Below are positions 1-8,004 of a stretch of 64,000 nt of DNA, piece by piece. A program made the position numbers and the translations under genes. Source of the DNA: an uncultured bacterium (lineage in GTDB: Bacteria > Acidobacteriota > Vicinamibacteria > Vicinamibacterales > UBA2999); assembly GCA_963923455.1 (NCBI GenBank), contig CAWULT010000004.1, forward strand, positions 16,315 to 80,314, read 5' to 3'. How positions within the stretch are numbered: position 1 is the stretch's first letter; each line of letters opens with the position of its first letter. The notes beneath the pieces were generated by a model. The model was given only the letters and a program-made list of their open reading frames with translations. It was not told the origin of the DNA and searched no databases.

Positions 1-43
1 TGTCAAGTGGCCGAGCCCTCGAACAGGCTGGCGAACGGCCTTG

Positions 44-1204
44 CTAGTGGGGGAGGACTGGAAGGGGCGGCAGGCGCTTGACGACGAAGACCGTCAGGTC
101 GTCGAGGAGCCGCCGCTGCTCCGTGTGTGTCTCGACGGCGGAGAAGAGTGCCCAGCCCATCTCCTTCGGCGTGGCCAGTTCGGGCGAAGCCATGACGGCT
201 TGAACGCCCTCCTCGTCGAAGGGACGGCCGTGGCCGTCCTCGGCCTCCGTGACACCGTCGCTGTACATCAGCAGGACATCGTCGAGCGCGAGCTCGACGT
301 GTCCCGCAACGTAGGTGGCGTCATCGAACAGACCGAGTGCCATGCCGCCGGCGCGGAGCCGTTCGTAGGCACCGGACGCGCGACGGAGCAGCGGAGGGTT
401 CTGTCCGGCGTTGACGTAGGTCAGCCCGCCGGACGCCGGGTCGAAGACGGCGACGAAGACCGTGACGAAGCGGGATCGGGGCGTGTGCTTCAGAATCTGG
501 ACGTTGAGCCGTTGGACCAGTGCCGCGCCCTCGAGGCCCTCGTCGACGAGTGTCCGCATCATCGCCAGGAACAAAGCCATCAGCAGCGCCGCGGGGCTGC
601 CCTTGCCCGCCACGTCGCCGAGGGCCAGGAGCACCCGCCCGTCCGGCAGTGGCAGGATGTCGTAGAAGTCGCCGCCCACCGTGTTCGCCGGGCGCGTCAT
701 GCCGAACGCCTCGAGGCCCGCGGTCTGGTACGTCGCCCGCGGGAGCATCGCCTGCTGGATCTGGCGCGCGATCTCCAGGTCGTTCTTCAGGGTCAAGCGG
801 TCCGCCACCTCGAGCAGCACCAGCAGATTGAGCAGCAGGAACCCGCCGAGCAACCACAGTGTCCCCGGTGCGAACGCAGGGTGTGGGATCAGGAACAGGT
901 GCACTTCGCGGAACAGTTCGATGAGGCCGACGAGCGTCGCAAGCAGCGCAATGGCGTAGATGGCGCGGCGCGCCGGGGACAGCCGCAGCGTGAAGGCCAG
1001 GAAGAACAGCCGTCCGTGCTCGAGCACTCGCCGGTGCCAGGGCAGCTTCCGCAGCGCATCACCGTCGATGTGGCGCGAGAACAACCGGTACGCCTCGGGC
1101 GTGTCCCGCGTGAACAGCCGCTCCAGCGCGGTCGGCGTGAGCCCTTCCGTGTAGGTGCTCAGAAAGCGGCCCGAGTCGGCGCGCGGCAGCGGTGGAACGC
1201 TCAT
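44..1204 (-). CDS. PP2C-family (SpoIIE/RsbU-like) serine/threonine phosphatase with N-terminal membrane segments
   Basis: 386-aa ORF. The C-terminal half carries PPM/SpoIIE hallmarks (VGGDFYD, ALGDVAGKG, MYSDGVTEA, DDLTVFVV). The N-terminal half has long hydrophobic helices (IALLATLVGLIELF, LWLLGGFLLLNLLVLL). The ATG lies 13 nt downstream of the kbl stop on the same strand. Confidence 0.85.
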   Translation of the reverse strand: MSVPPLPRADSGRFLSTYTEGLTPTALERLFTRDTPEAYRLFSRHIDGDALRKLPWHRRVLEHGRLFFLAFTLRLSPARRAIYAIALLATLVGLIELFREVHLFLIPHPAFAPGTLWLLGGFLLLNLLVLLEVADRLTLKNDLEIARQIQQAMLPRATYQTAGLEAFGMTRPANTVGGDFYDILPLPDGRVLLALGDVAGKGSPAALLMALFLAMMRTLVDEGLEGAALVQRLNVQILKHTPRSRFVTVFVAVFDPASGGLTYVNAGQNPPLLRRASGAYERLRAGGMALGLFDDATYVAGHVELALDDVLLMYSDGVTEAEDGHGRPFDEEGVQAVMASPELATPKEMGWALFSAVETHTEQRRLLDDLTVFVVKRLPPLPVLPH

Positions 1205-1217
1205 CGACGACGCGCCC

Positions 1218-2399
1218 TCACCGCAGGCCCAGCCGGGTTCCGATCGTTCCGAAGCACTCCAGCGCGAATGCGAGCTCCTCCCGCGTATGGGTTGCCGTCA
1301 CGATGGTGCGGACGCGCGCCTTGCCCTGCGGTACCGTGGGGAACGCGATACCTTGTGCGAAGACACCGGCCTCGAAGAGCCTCGCGGAGAGCGTCATCGC
1401 CAGTGCCGCATCGCCCACCATCACGGGCGTGATCGGGCTCTCGCTGTGTCCGGTGTCGAAGCCCAGCGCAGCCAGGCCCTCCTTGAAGAAGCGCGTGTTC
1501 TCCCAGAGCCGCTCGATCCGCTCTGGCTCCTGCTGCAGGACGTCGAGTGCTGCTATGCAGGCCGCCGCGACGCCGGGCGGGTGGGACGTCGAGAACAGGA
1601 ACGGCCGTGCGCGGTGGTACAGGAACTCGACGAGGCTGCGGGACCCGGCGACGTACCCTCCGAGAACGCCGACGGCCTTGGACAGCGTGCCGACCTGAAC
1701 GTCGACGCGCCCGTGCAGGCCGAAATGGTCGACGGTTCCACGGCCCTGCCGGCCGAAGACGCCGCTCGCATGTGCGTCATCGACCATCATGATGCAGCCG
1801 AACTCCTCGGCGAGGTCGCACAGCGCAGGCAGGGCACCCAGGTCGCCATCCATGCTGAACACGCCGTCGGTGATGAGCAGGGTGCGCTGCCCCCGAGGCC
1901 GCTCCTCGAGCAGGCGCCGGGCCGCCGCGACGTCGCGATGGGGAAACACCTTGATCGTCGCGCGGCTCAGACGGGCGCCGTCGATGATGCTGGCGTGATT
2001 CAGCTCGTCGGAGACGATCAGGTCGTCACGCCCCAGGAGCGCCGCCACCGTGCCGGCGTTGGCGGTGAAGCCACTCTGGAACACGACGGCGGCCTCGGTC
2101 TGCTTGAACTCGGCGAGGCGCCGCTCCAGCTCGAGGTGAATCGCCATGGTGCCGGCGATCGTGCGGACGGAGCCGGAGCCGACGCCGAGGGTACGGGTGG
2201 CCTCGAGCGCACGTTCCTGCAGCAGCGGGTGCGTGGTCAGGCCGAGGTAGTTGTTGGAAGACAGGTTGACCACCGATCGGTGGTCGACCGACGCGTGCGG
2301 CCCCTGCGCGCCGTCGAGGACCCGCAGACGCTGATAGAGGCCCTGTTCGCGCAGGCCACTCAGGGCCTGCGCCAGGAAGTCGAGAGGGTCATGGCGCAT
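1218..2399 (-). CDS. kbl: 2-amino-3-ketobutyrate CoA ligase (glycine C-acetyltransferase), alpha-oxoamine synthase family
   Basis: Full-length resemblance to Kbl: NNYLGL, SDELNHASIIDG, DGVFSMDGD, VDDAHA, PLP-lysine context GTLSKA, ITPVMVGDA, PQGKARVRT. The track ORF opens at 2453; I chose the ATG at 2399 (MRHDPLDF...). BioF-type specificity cannot be strictly excluded from sequence alone. Confidence 0.85.
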   Translation of the reverse strand: MRHDPLDFLAQALSGLREQGLYQRLRVLDGAQGPHASVDHRSVVNLSSNNYLGLTTHPLLQERALEATRTLGVGSGSVRTIAGTMAIHLELERRLAEFKQTEAAVVFQSGFTANAGTVAALLGRDDLIVSDELNHASIIDGARLSRATIKVFPHRDVAAARRLLEERPRGQRTLLITDGVFSMDGDLGALPALCDLAEEFGCIMMVDDAHASGVFGRQGRGTVDHFGLHGRVDVQVGTLSKAVGVLGGYVAGSRSLVEFLYHRARPFLFSTSHPPGVAAACIAALDVLQQEPERIERLWENTRFFKEGLAALGFDTGHSESPITPVMVGDAALAMTLSARLFEAGVFAQGIAFPTVPQGKARVRTIVTATHTREELAFALECFGTIGTRLGLR

Positions 2400-2413
2400 C
2401 GTCTGCCCGCGCC

Positions 2414-2419
2414 AGTATA
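2414..2419 (-). promoter_or_regulatory. -10-like TATACT, 14 nt upstream of the kbl ATG
   Basis: An AT-rich TAnnnT hexamer in otherwise GC-rich spacer. No clear -35. Confidence 0.35.
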
Positions 2420-2472
2420 CGCAACCGTGAGGCTGCCGGACGCGGGGCCGCACGGTGCGGCCGGCGGGCCCG

Positions 2473-3690
2473 TCAGCCTCTGTCCAGGTACCGACGGGTG
2501 AAGTCGCCGATCTCGGTGTAGATGCCCCGCAGCTCGTCCGGGCTGGCCAGGAACACGACGCGGAAGGAACCGCGCTCCGGCGCGACGCCGAACCCGGACC
2601 CGTACACGCAGAGGATGCCGGTCTCGCGCAGCAGGGCCAGGATGTAGTCCTCGTCCGTTCTCCCGGGCGGCAGTGTCACCGACGGCATGGCGTAGAAGGC
2701 CGCCTGAGGGGCGACGCACGACATGCCCGGGATCGCGTTCAGCATCTCGGTCGTGACGCGGGCACGCTCGGCCAGGGCCGCCTGGAACGACTTCTGATGG
2801 GACCGGTCGCCGGTGAGGGCGGCTGTCACCGCATACTGCATCGGCCCAGGACTGCACAGCCGCCCGTCCGCCATCTTCCTGATGGCCGCAAGGGCGTCGT
2901 CGAGCCGAGGTGTCGCGCCGACGACCAGCCATCCGGTGCGCCAGCCGGGCGCGAGATAGGCCTTCGACAGGCTCGAGAACGAAATGATCGGTGCGTCGAG
3001 GTCGAGGGTGCCGAGCAAGGGCACCGAGCCGTTGAAGCCCAGGTCCCCGTAGACCTCGTCGGCGAGGATCGTCAGGTCGTGCCGCTCGGCGACGTCGATG
3101 AGCGCCCGACGGACAGACGTGGGATAGACGGCGCCGGTCGGGTTGTTGGGGTCGATCACCACCATCACGCGCGTCCGGGGCGTGACGAGGCTGCGCAGGT
3201 GATCGAGGTCGGGAAGCCAGTCGCGGGCCGGATCCGTCCTGTAGTAGAGAGGTTTGGCGCCGATCTTTGCGAGCACCGCCGTGTAGAGCGGGTAGGTCGG
3301 CGACGGCACCAACACTTCGTCACCCGGGTCGACCAGCGCGTTCAGCGCCAGATCGATGCCTTCGGACGTACCGGCCGTGATCACCACGCGATCGGGCGAG
3401 ACCGGGACTCCGCGGGCCGCGTAGTCGGCCGCGACGGCTTCCCGCGCCGGCAGAATTCCGGCCGACGGCAGATAGCCGTTGTGACCGTCGCGCATCGCCT
3501 TGGAGACCGTCTCGATCAGGTGGTCGGGCGTCTTGAAGCCGAAGGCAACCGGGTCTCCGATGTTCAGATACCGAACCTTGACGCCACGAGCCTCGACGGC
3601 CTTCGCCTCAGCGACGATGTTCCGAATCGCGTAGGAGAACTGGTTGACCCTGGAGGCCACCGGCACGGATCGAGAACTCTTCGTGGGCAT
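2473..3690 (-). CDS. alaA: class I/II PLP-dependent aminotransferase, AlaA (glutamate-pyruvate)-like
   Basis: 405-aa ORF collinear with AlaA-type enzymes: LNIGDP..FGF, LVPSPTYPLY, IDPNNPTGAVY, ADEVY, SFSSLSKAY PLP-lysine motif, GWRTGW. Confidence 0.8.
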   Translation of the reverse strand: MPTKSSRSVPVASRVNQFSYAIRNIVAEAKAVEARGVKVRYLNIGDPVAFGFKTPDHLIETVSKAMRDGHNGYLPSAGILPAREAVAADYAARGVPVSPDRVVITAGTSEGIDLALNALVDPGDEVLVPSPTYPLYTAVLAKIGAKPLYYRTDPARDWLPDLDHLRSLVTPRTRVMVVIDPNNPTGAVYPTSVRRALIDVAERHDLTILADEVYGDLGFNGSVPLLGTLDLDAPIISFSSLSKAYLAPGWRTGWLVVGATPRLDDALAAIRKMADGRLCSPGPMQYAVTAALTGDRSHQKSFQAALAERARVTTEMLNAIPGMSCVAPQAAFYAMPSVTLPPGRTDEDYILALLRETGILCVYGSGFGVAPERGSFRVVFLASPDELRGIYTEIGDFTRRYLDRG

Positions 3691-3696
3691 CAGTCC

Positions 3697-3702
3697 ATAT
3701 TA
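3697..3702 (-). promoter_or_regulatory. -10-like TAATAT, 6 nt upstream of the alaA-like ATG (leaderless-type)
   Basis: The minus strand reads TTTAATATGGACTGATG. There is no room for an SD. Confidence 0.45.
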
Positions 3703-3943
3703 AAGGGCAAATGTCGATTTTGGGCAGTCCGATGCGTCCGCGGGATGCGTCGTCGCCGGGTTCGAGCGGCGCCCAGCCCACGGGGAGGGGCTCGCCGGCA
3801 GATCCTACATACTTCCGAGCCGATCAATGTAAGGATTACACCTCCAGACCCTACTTAGGCTAAGCTCGAAAAGGTGACTGGTTGTAAGTGATTGATTCTG
3901 AAGGATCGGGAGTCATGGCAAGGCTATTGATCATCCCACGGGC

Positions 3944-4915
3944 GTGAGACGACGTTCCGTCATCCGGGTTCTGCTGGCCACGGCGCTCGCCGAGATGGCC
4001 GGGCCGTCGCTCGGGGCGCAGGCCGGAGTGCCGATGCCGGCTCGGGAGTCGCAGCCGCTGTTCCGCTCCGGTGTCGAGGTCGTCACCGTTTCAGTGGCTG
4101 TCCGGGACGGTCGCAACCGCGTCGTCCGCAATCTCCAGAAGTCCGACTTCGAAGTCCTGGACTCCGGCGCCCCCACTGCCATCCGCGACTTCTACTCCGG
4201 CGACTCGCCGATCAGCCTGGCGATCCTGCTCGACATCAGCGGCAGCATGGCGGTCGGCGGCAACATGACCCGCGCCCGTGAGGCCGTCAGCGTCGCCACG
4301 ATGAACCTGCGCCCGCGGCAGGACGAGGTGGCGCTCTTCACGTTCGACTCGAAGCTGCGCGAGGTGATGGCCTTTACGGGAGACATGAACCGGGTGTACG
4401 CACTGAACCTGGAAGGCACACCGTGGGGCGTGACCTCGCTCTACGATGCCATCGAGGCCACGGCCCGGAAGGTGTCGGAGCGCGCCAATCGCCACCGGGC
4501 ACTGCTCGTGATCAGCGATGGTGTGGACACGGCCAGTCGGTTGACCGCGCCGCAGGTATCCGGCGTCGCTGCCTCCATCGACGTGCCGGTCTACCTGCTC
4601 ACGGTCGTCAACCCCGTCGACCACCCGGACGGTGAGTTCGAGGTGCTCCGGGGTGCCGACAAGGCGGCAGGGAGCGCGTCGCTGGTCGACCTCGCGCAGT
4701 GGACCGGCGGGGACATCAGGTTTGCGAGCGTGCCGGCGCACACGGTCGCCGCCGTGCGGGACCTGTTCTCCGAGCTGCGGTTCCAGTACCTCATCACATT
4801 CGAGCCGGGCGCCCGTCCTGGGTGGCATCCGCTCGAGATTCGGACGCGGAAGAAGAGCCTTGTCGTGCATGCGCGAAGTGGGTACGTCACGGGCCCATCG
4901 CAAAGGGGAACGTAG
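3944..4915 (+). CDS. secreted VWA-domain protein of the 'VWFA-related acidobacterial domain' type
   Basis: Signal peptide (VIRVLLATALAEMAG). N-terminal beta-sandwich motif (FRSGVEVVTVSVAVRDGRNRVVRNLQKSDFEVLD). MIDAS-type DISGSM, ISDGVDT, and C-terminal YLITFEP..WHPLEIRTR..VHARSGY. GTG start. Paralogue of 30507..31565. Confidence 0.85.
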   Translation: MRRRSVIRVLLATALAEMAGPSLGAQAGVPMPARESQPLFRSGVEVVTVSVAVRDGRNRVVRNLQKSDFEVLDSGAPTAIRDFYSGDSPISLAILLDISGSMAVGGNMTRAREAVSVATMNLRPRQDEVALFTFDSKLREVMAFTGDMNRVYALNLEGTPWGVTSLYDAIEATARKVSERANRHRALLVISDGVDTASRLTAPQVSGVAASIDVPVYLLTVVNPVDHPDGEFEVLRGADKAAGSASLVDLAQWTGGDIRFASVPAHTVAAVRDLFSELRFQYLITFEPGARPGWHPLEIRTRKKSLVVHARSGYVTGPSQRGT

Positions 4916-4959
4916 GGAATCGACCGGTTGGTCGTGAACGGAGACAGAGGAGAAACACC

Positions 4960-5646
4960 ATGCGAAAGAGTCTTTATGCAGCGTCGATGCTTGCCCTGAC
5001 CGTGGCGGTGGCCCCGGCTTGCGCAACGAAGAAGTTCGTCCGAACCGAGGTCGGCAACGTGAACTCGAAGGTCGACACGTTGAGCACCTCGCTCGAGGAG
5101 ACCCAGGAGCGCACCCGCCGCAACGAGGAGCGGATCGGCGTGGTCGATCAGAAAGCCGAGGCCGCGGGCCGGTCCGCGACCGATGCGCGCGGGGCGGCTG
5201 ACGCGGCGGCGGCAGCGGCCCGCACGGTGAACGGCCGCGTCGACACCGTGGCGACCGAGGTGGCGGCCAACGCCGCGGCCGCGCGCAAGCTGGTGTTCGA
5301 GGTGACGCTCAGCGAGGACCAGGGCAACTTCAAGTTCGGCGGCGCCGAACTGCCGGATGCCGCGCGCGCGCGCCTCGACCAGGTGGTCGCACAGCTGAAG
5401 GGCGACTCGAAGAACGTCTTCATCGAGATCGAGGGCCACACCGACAACGTGGGCTCGAAAGAGATCAACCAGCAGCTGGGCCTCGAGCGCGCCGAGGCGG
5501 TGAAGCGGTACCTGTACGAGCAGCACCAGATCCCGCTGCACAAGATGAACGTGATCAGCTACGGCGAGGACAAGCCGGTCTCGCCGAACAACACCCGCGA
5601 CGGCCGTGCGCAGAACCGCCGCGTGGTCGTCAAGGTTCTCTCGTAG
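4960..5646 (+). CDS. OmpA-family lipoprotein with coiled-coil/Ala-rich linker
   Basis: Lipobox (LTVAVAPAC). C-terminal OmpA_C motif (GHTDNVGSKEINQQLGLERAEAV..NRRVVVKV). Strong RBS GGAGACAGAGGAG upstream of ATG 4960; the track ORF opens earlier at 4699. Confidence 0.9.
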   Translation: MRKSLYAASMLALTVAVAPACATKKFVRTEVGNVNSKVDTLSTSLEETQERTRRNEERIGVVDQKAEAAGRSATDARGAADAAAAAARTVNGRVDTVATEVAANAAAARKLVFEVTLSEDQGNFKFGGAELPDAARARLDQVVAQLKGDSKNVFIEIEGHTDNVGSKEINQQLGLERAEAVKRYLYEQHQIPLHKMNVISYGEDKPVSPNNTRDGRAQNRRVVVKVLS

Positions 5647-5659
5647 GGCATACAGTCAG

Positions 5660-5690
5660 GTCCGGCCGGGGACGCGTGCCCCGGCCGGAC
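5660..5690. terminator. 12-bp perfect GC hairpin between convergent genes (bidirectional terminator candidate)
   Basis: GTCCGGCCGGGG-acgcgtg-CCCCGGCCGGAC lies 14 nt after the OmpA-like stop and 40 nt after the opposite-strand stop. No U-tract. Confidence 0.55.
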
Positions 5691-5729
5691 CGGCCCTGGC
5701 GGCGCCCGTCCGGCGACTTCGGCGTCGCC

Positions 5730-6389
5730 TCACCGCAGACGGCCCAGATCGATGACCGCCCGCCCCAGGTCCTTCCCGCGCTCGGTCACCAGCAGGTCGT
5801 AGACCCCTCTCGGGTCGATCGTCTCCCCATCGAACGATGCCATCAGCGTGGCGCCGAGCATCGGCGGCTGACGTGCGCCGCGCGACAGCGGTGCGATCCC
5901 GCCCGACTGCACCGAGGGTGGCAGCACGTCGTCCGTTCTCGTTCCGAAGCGGGGGATGCGATCCTGGCTGACCGGCCGTATTCCAGGCCTCCCCTTCGCG
6001 ACGAGCACGGCGTCGTACTCCGGCGCCAGCACGTAGGCGTTCAGCGGGTGGAACGTGAACTCGATTCGGAGGGTCACCTGCGTCGGCGAGGGTGACAGCA
6101 GTTCCAGAGCCTGGCGTTGACCGAACCGGTGATCGCCCTGCCGGGCCCGCTCCTCGGCCGCGAGTTCGACCCGCCGAAAGGGCGTGATCACGTCGACGAA
6201 GTCGAGGGGCGGTCGCGACACCACGATGCGATAGGCCTGATGGAAGGCCCGGCGGTCGCCGTCGAACGCCGTGTGCCCGATGGCGATGGCCTCCCGGATG
6301 GCCTCGTTGTCGAGCCGCTGCGTGTATGCGAGGCCGCTGGCCGCCGACAACCCGAGAGAGAGCGCGAGCATGAAGACCGGGGTGCGCAC
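5730..6389 (-). CDS. hypothetical secreted protein
   Basis: Long ORF with GC3-rich codons. GTG at 6389 gives a signal peptide (VRTPVFMLALSLGLSAASGLAYT). I recognise no family motif. A TACGAT hexamer lies 7 nt upstream of that GTG. Confidence 0.6.
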   Translation of the reverse strand: MRTPVFMLALSLGLSAASGLAYTQRLDNEAIREAIAIGHTAFDGDRRAFHQAYRIVVSRPPLDFVDVITPFRRVELAAEERARQGDHRFGQRQALELLSPSPTQVTLRIEFTFHPLNAYVLAPEYDAVLVAKGRPGIRPVSQDRIPRFGTRTDDVLPPSVQSGGIAPLSRGARQPPMLGATLMASFDGETIDPRGVYDLLVTERGKDLGRAVIDLGRLR

Positions 6390-6396
6390 GCTCGCG

Positions 6397-6402
6397 ATCG
6401 TA
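6397..6402 (-). promoter_or_regulatory. -10-like TACGAT, 7 nt upstream of GTG 6389
   Basis: The minus strand reads CGCTACGATCGCGAGCGTG. Confidence 0.4.
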
Positions 6403-6500
6403 GCGCGAGAGCGGGCGACGTGCCCGGCGGGAGATGACTGGCGGCGAGGAACGAGAAAACGTGTGCGCCGCGGCGGGGACGCGGCGCACACGCCCGGGCT

Positions 6501-6983
6501 CTACTGACGAACCGTCAGCTGCCCCCGGATCTCTCCAGCGGGAGACTGCGTGGAGTGGATGTTGACGTAGCTGTTGCCCCCGACGACGGCCTGGATGGCG
6601 TCATCGACGGTGACAATGCCGATCTCGGGACGCGGGACGAAGGCTGCCTCGCCCACCCGGAAGGTGAGGGTCAGGTCGCCCGTTCGCCCGGGGGGAATCG
6701 GGAAGTTGAAGACGACGGGCCCCGCCACGCCCTTCGGCCCCACGTGGATGTGGCCCGCGGTGGTGCCCGTCGCGAAGTTGAAGAGACGCAGGGACACCGC
6801 CATCTCCCGCGCCCCGGTGTCGACCGAAATCTCAGCCGTCCCGACCGCGCCCGACAGGAGCGCCGGCGTTTCCTCTCCGCTGCTCAGAATCGCTGTCAAC
6901 GTGACCGTCTGCGCTGACGCCGACACTACTCCCATCAGCACGGCCATTAGCGCGAGCGTTCCCAGTACCAGACTTCGCTTCAT
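6501..6983 (-). CDS. CHRD domain-containing secreted protein
   Basis: Signal peptide (MKRSLVLGTLALMAVLMGVVSASA). CHRD-like pattern (LSSGEETP...GTAEI...TAGHIHVGP..AGPVV...NIHS...GEIRGQL). RBS GAGAGGAG before ATG 6983. Confidence 0.8.
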   Translation of the reverse strand: MKRSLVLGTLALMAVLMGVVSASAQTVTLTAILSSGEETPALLSGAVGTAEISVDTGAREMAVSLRLFNFATGTTAGHIHVGPKGVAGPVVFNFPIPPGRTGDLTLTFRVGEAAFVPRPEIGIVTVDDAIQAVVGGNSYVNIHSTQSPAGEIRGQLTVRQ

Positions 6984-7224
6984 GCGATCTCCTCTCGCAG
7001 CGACCCAGCCGCCGGCTGGCGGCGCCGCAGTCGAGGACAGCATGAAGCAGACCAGTCTGCCGGCCAATGGAATCAATGGCTTACGGCAACGCTCGCTCCA
7101 GTCCGCTTACGGCGCGCGAAAGGGGTTTTCCGGGCGCGGCCCATCCACGTACGGCATGGCCGCGGCACCGTCCCGCACTGCGAACCGCGCGGCCCCGCCG
7201 GCGGAACGGCGAGGACCTGAAGGG

Positions 7225-7230
7225 TATAGT
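7225..7230 (+). promoter_or_regulatory. -10-like TATAGT, 6 nt upstream of the SDR ATG
   Basis: GGGTATAGTGAGCGGATG. Confidence 0.45.
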
Positions 7231-7236
7231 GAGCGG

Positions 7237-7977
7237 ATGGAACTGCAGGGCCGGGTAGCCCTGATTGCCGGCGGCACACGGATCGGCGGCCCTGTGGCGC
7301 GGGAGCTGGCGCGGGGAGGCGCCCATGTGGCCGTGGTCTACCGTACGTCGCGGCTGGCCGCAGAGCGCACCGCCGAGGACGTACGCGCGCTCGGGTCCCG
7401 CGCCGTCGTGTTGCAGGCGGACCTGGCCACCATCGACGCCGGCGACCGGGTGGTGACCGAGGTGGTGGCGGCACTGGGCCGGCTCGATGTGCTCGTCCAC
7501 ATGGCCTCCGTCTATCGGCAGCGGGCCTTCGACGTGCTGACGCCGGCCGACTGGGACGAGCAGATGGCCGTGGATCTCCGGTCGGCCTGGCTGTGTGCCC
7601 GGGCAGCCGTGCCGCACATGCGGCGGGTCGGCGGCGGCCGCATCGTCGTCTGCTCGGACTGGGTGGCACGCAGCGGGCGCCCGCGATATCCGGGCTACCT
7701 CCACTACTACGTGGCCAAGGCAGGTGTCATGGCCCTGGCCGAGGCGCTGGCCCTCGAACTCGCGGCCGACGGCATTCTGGTCAACGCCGTGGCGCCCGGC
7801 CCGATCCTGCCCGGTGATTCGGCCACGGCCGAGTACGTCCAGGCCGTCGAACGCGAGACCCCTGTCGGGCGCTGGGGCGGCGGCGAAGAAGTGGCCAAGG
7901 TCATTGGCGCGCTCATCGCCAGCGACTTCGTCACCGGGGAGACGATTCGGGTCGATGGCGGACGCCACGTCCGCTGA
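7237..7977 (+). CDS. short-chain dehydrogenase/reductase (SDR) family oxidoreductase
   Basis: N-terminal Rossmann motif (VALIAGGTRIGG). YxxxK active site (YYVAKAG). NAVAPGPI and C-terminal FVTGETIRVDGG. The track ORF is 5-prime-extended to 6574. Confidence 0.9.
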   Translation: MELQGRVALIAGGTRIGGPVARELARGGAHVAVVYRTSRLAAERTAEDVRALGSRAVVLQADLATIDAGDRVVTEVVAALGRLDVLVHMASVYRQRAFDVLTPADWDEQMAVDLRSAWLCARAAVPHMRRVGGGRIVVCSDWVARSGRPRYPGYLHYYVAKAGVMALAEALALELAADGILVNAVAPGPILPGDSATAEYVQAVERETPVGRWGGGEEVAKVIGALIASDFVTGETIRVDGGRHVR

Positions 7978-8004
7978 AGCCCCTGGGAACCAGGAGCAGC
8001 CGGC

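Noticed and set aside
3721-3780. A GGTTCGAG T-loop-like motif inside a hairpin (CGCCG-ggttcgag-CGGCG), which raised the possibility of a tRNA.
   Set aside because: No acceptor stem, D-arm or anticodon arm can be built around it, and the flanks do not pair. It is most likely just a GC hairpin in the divergent promoter region.
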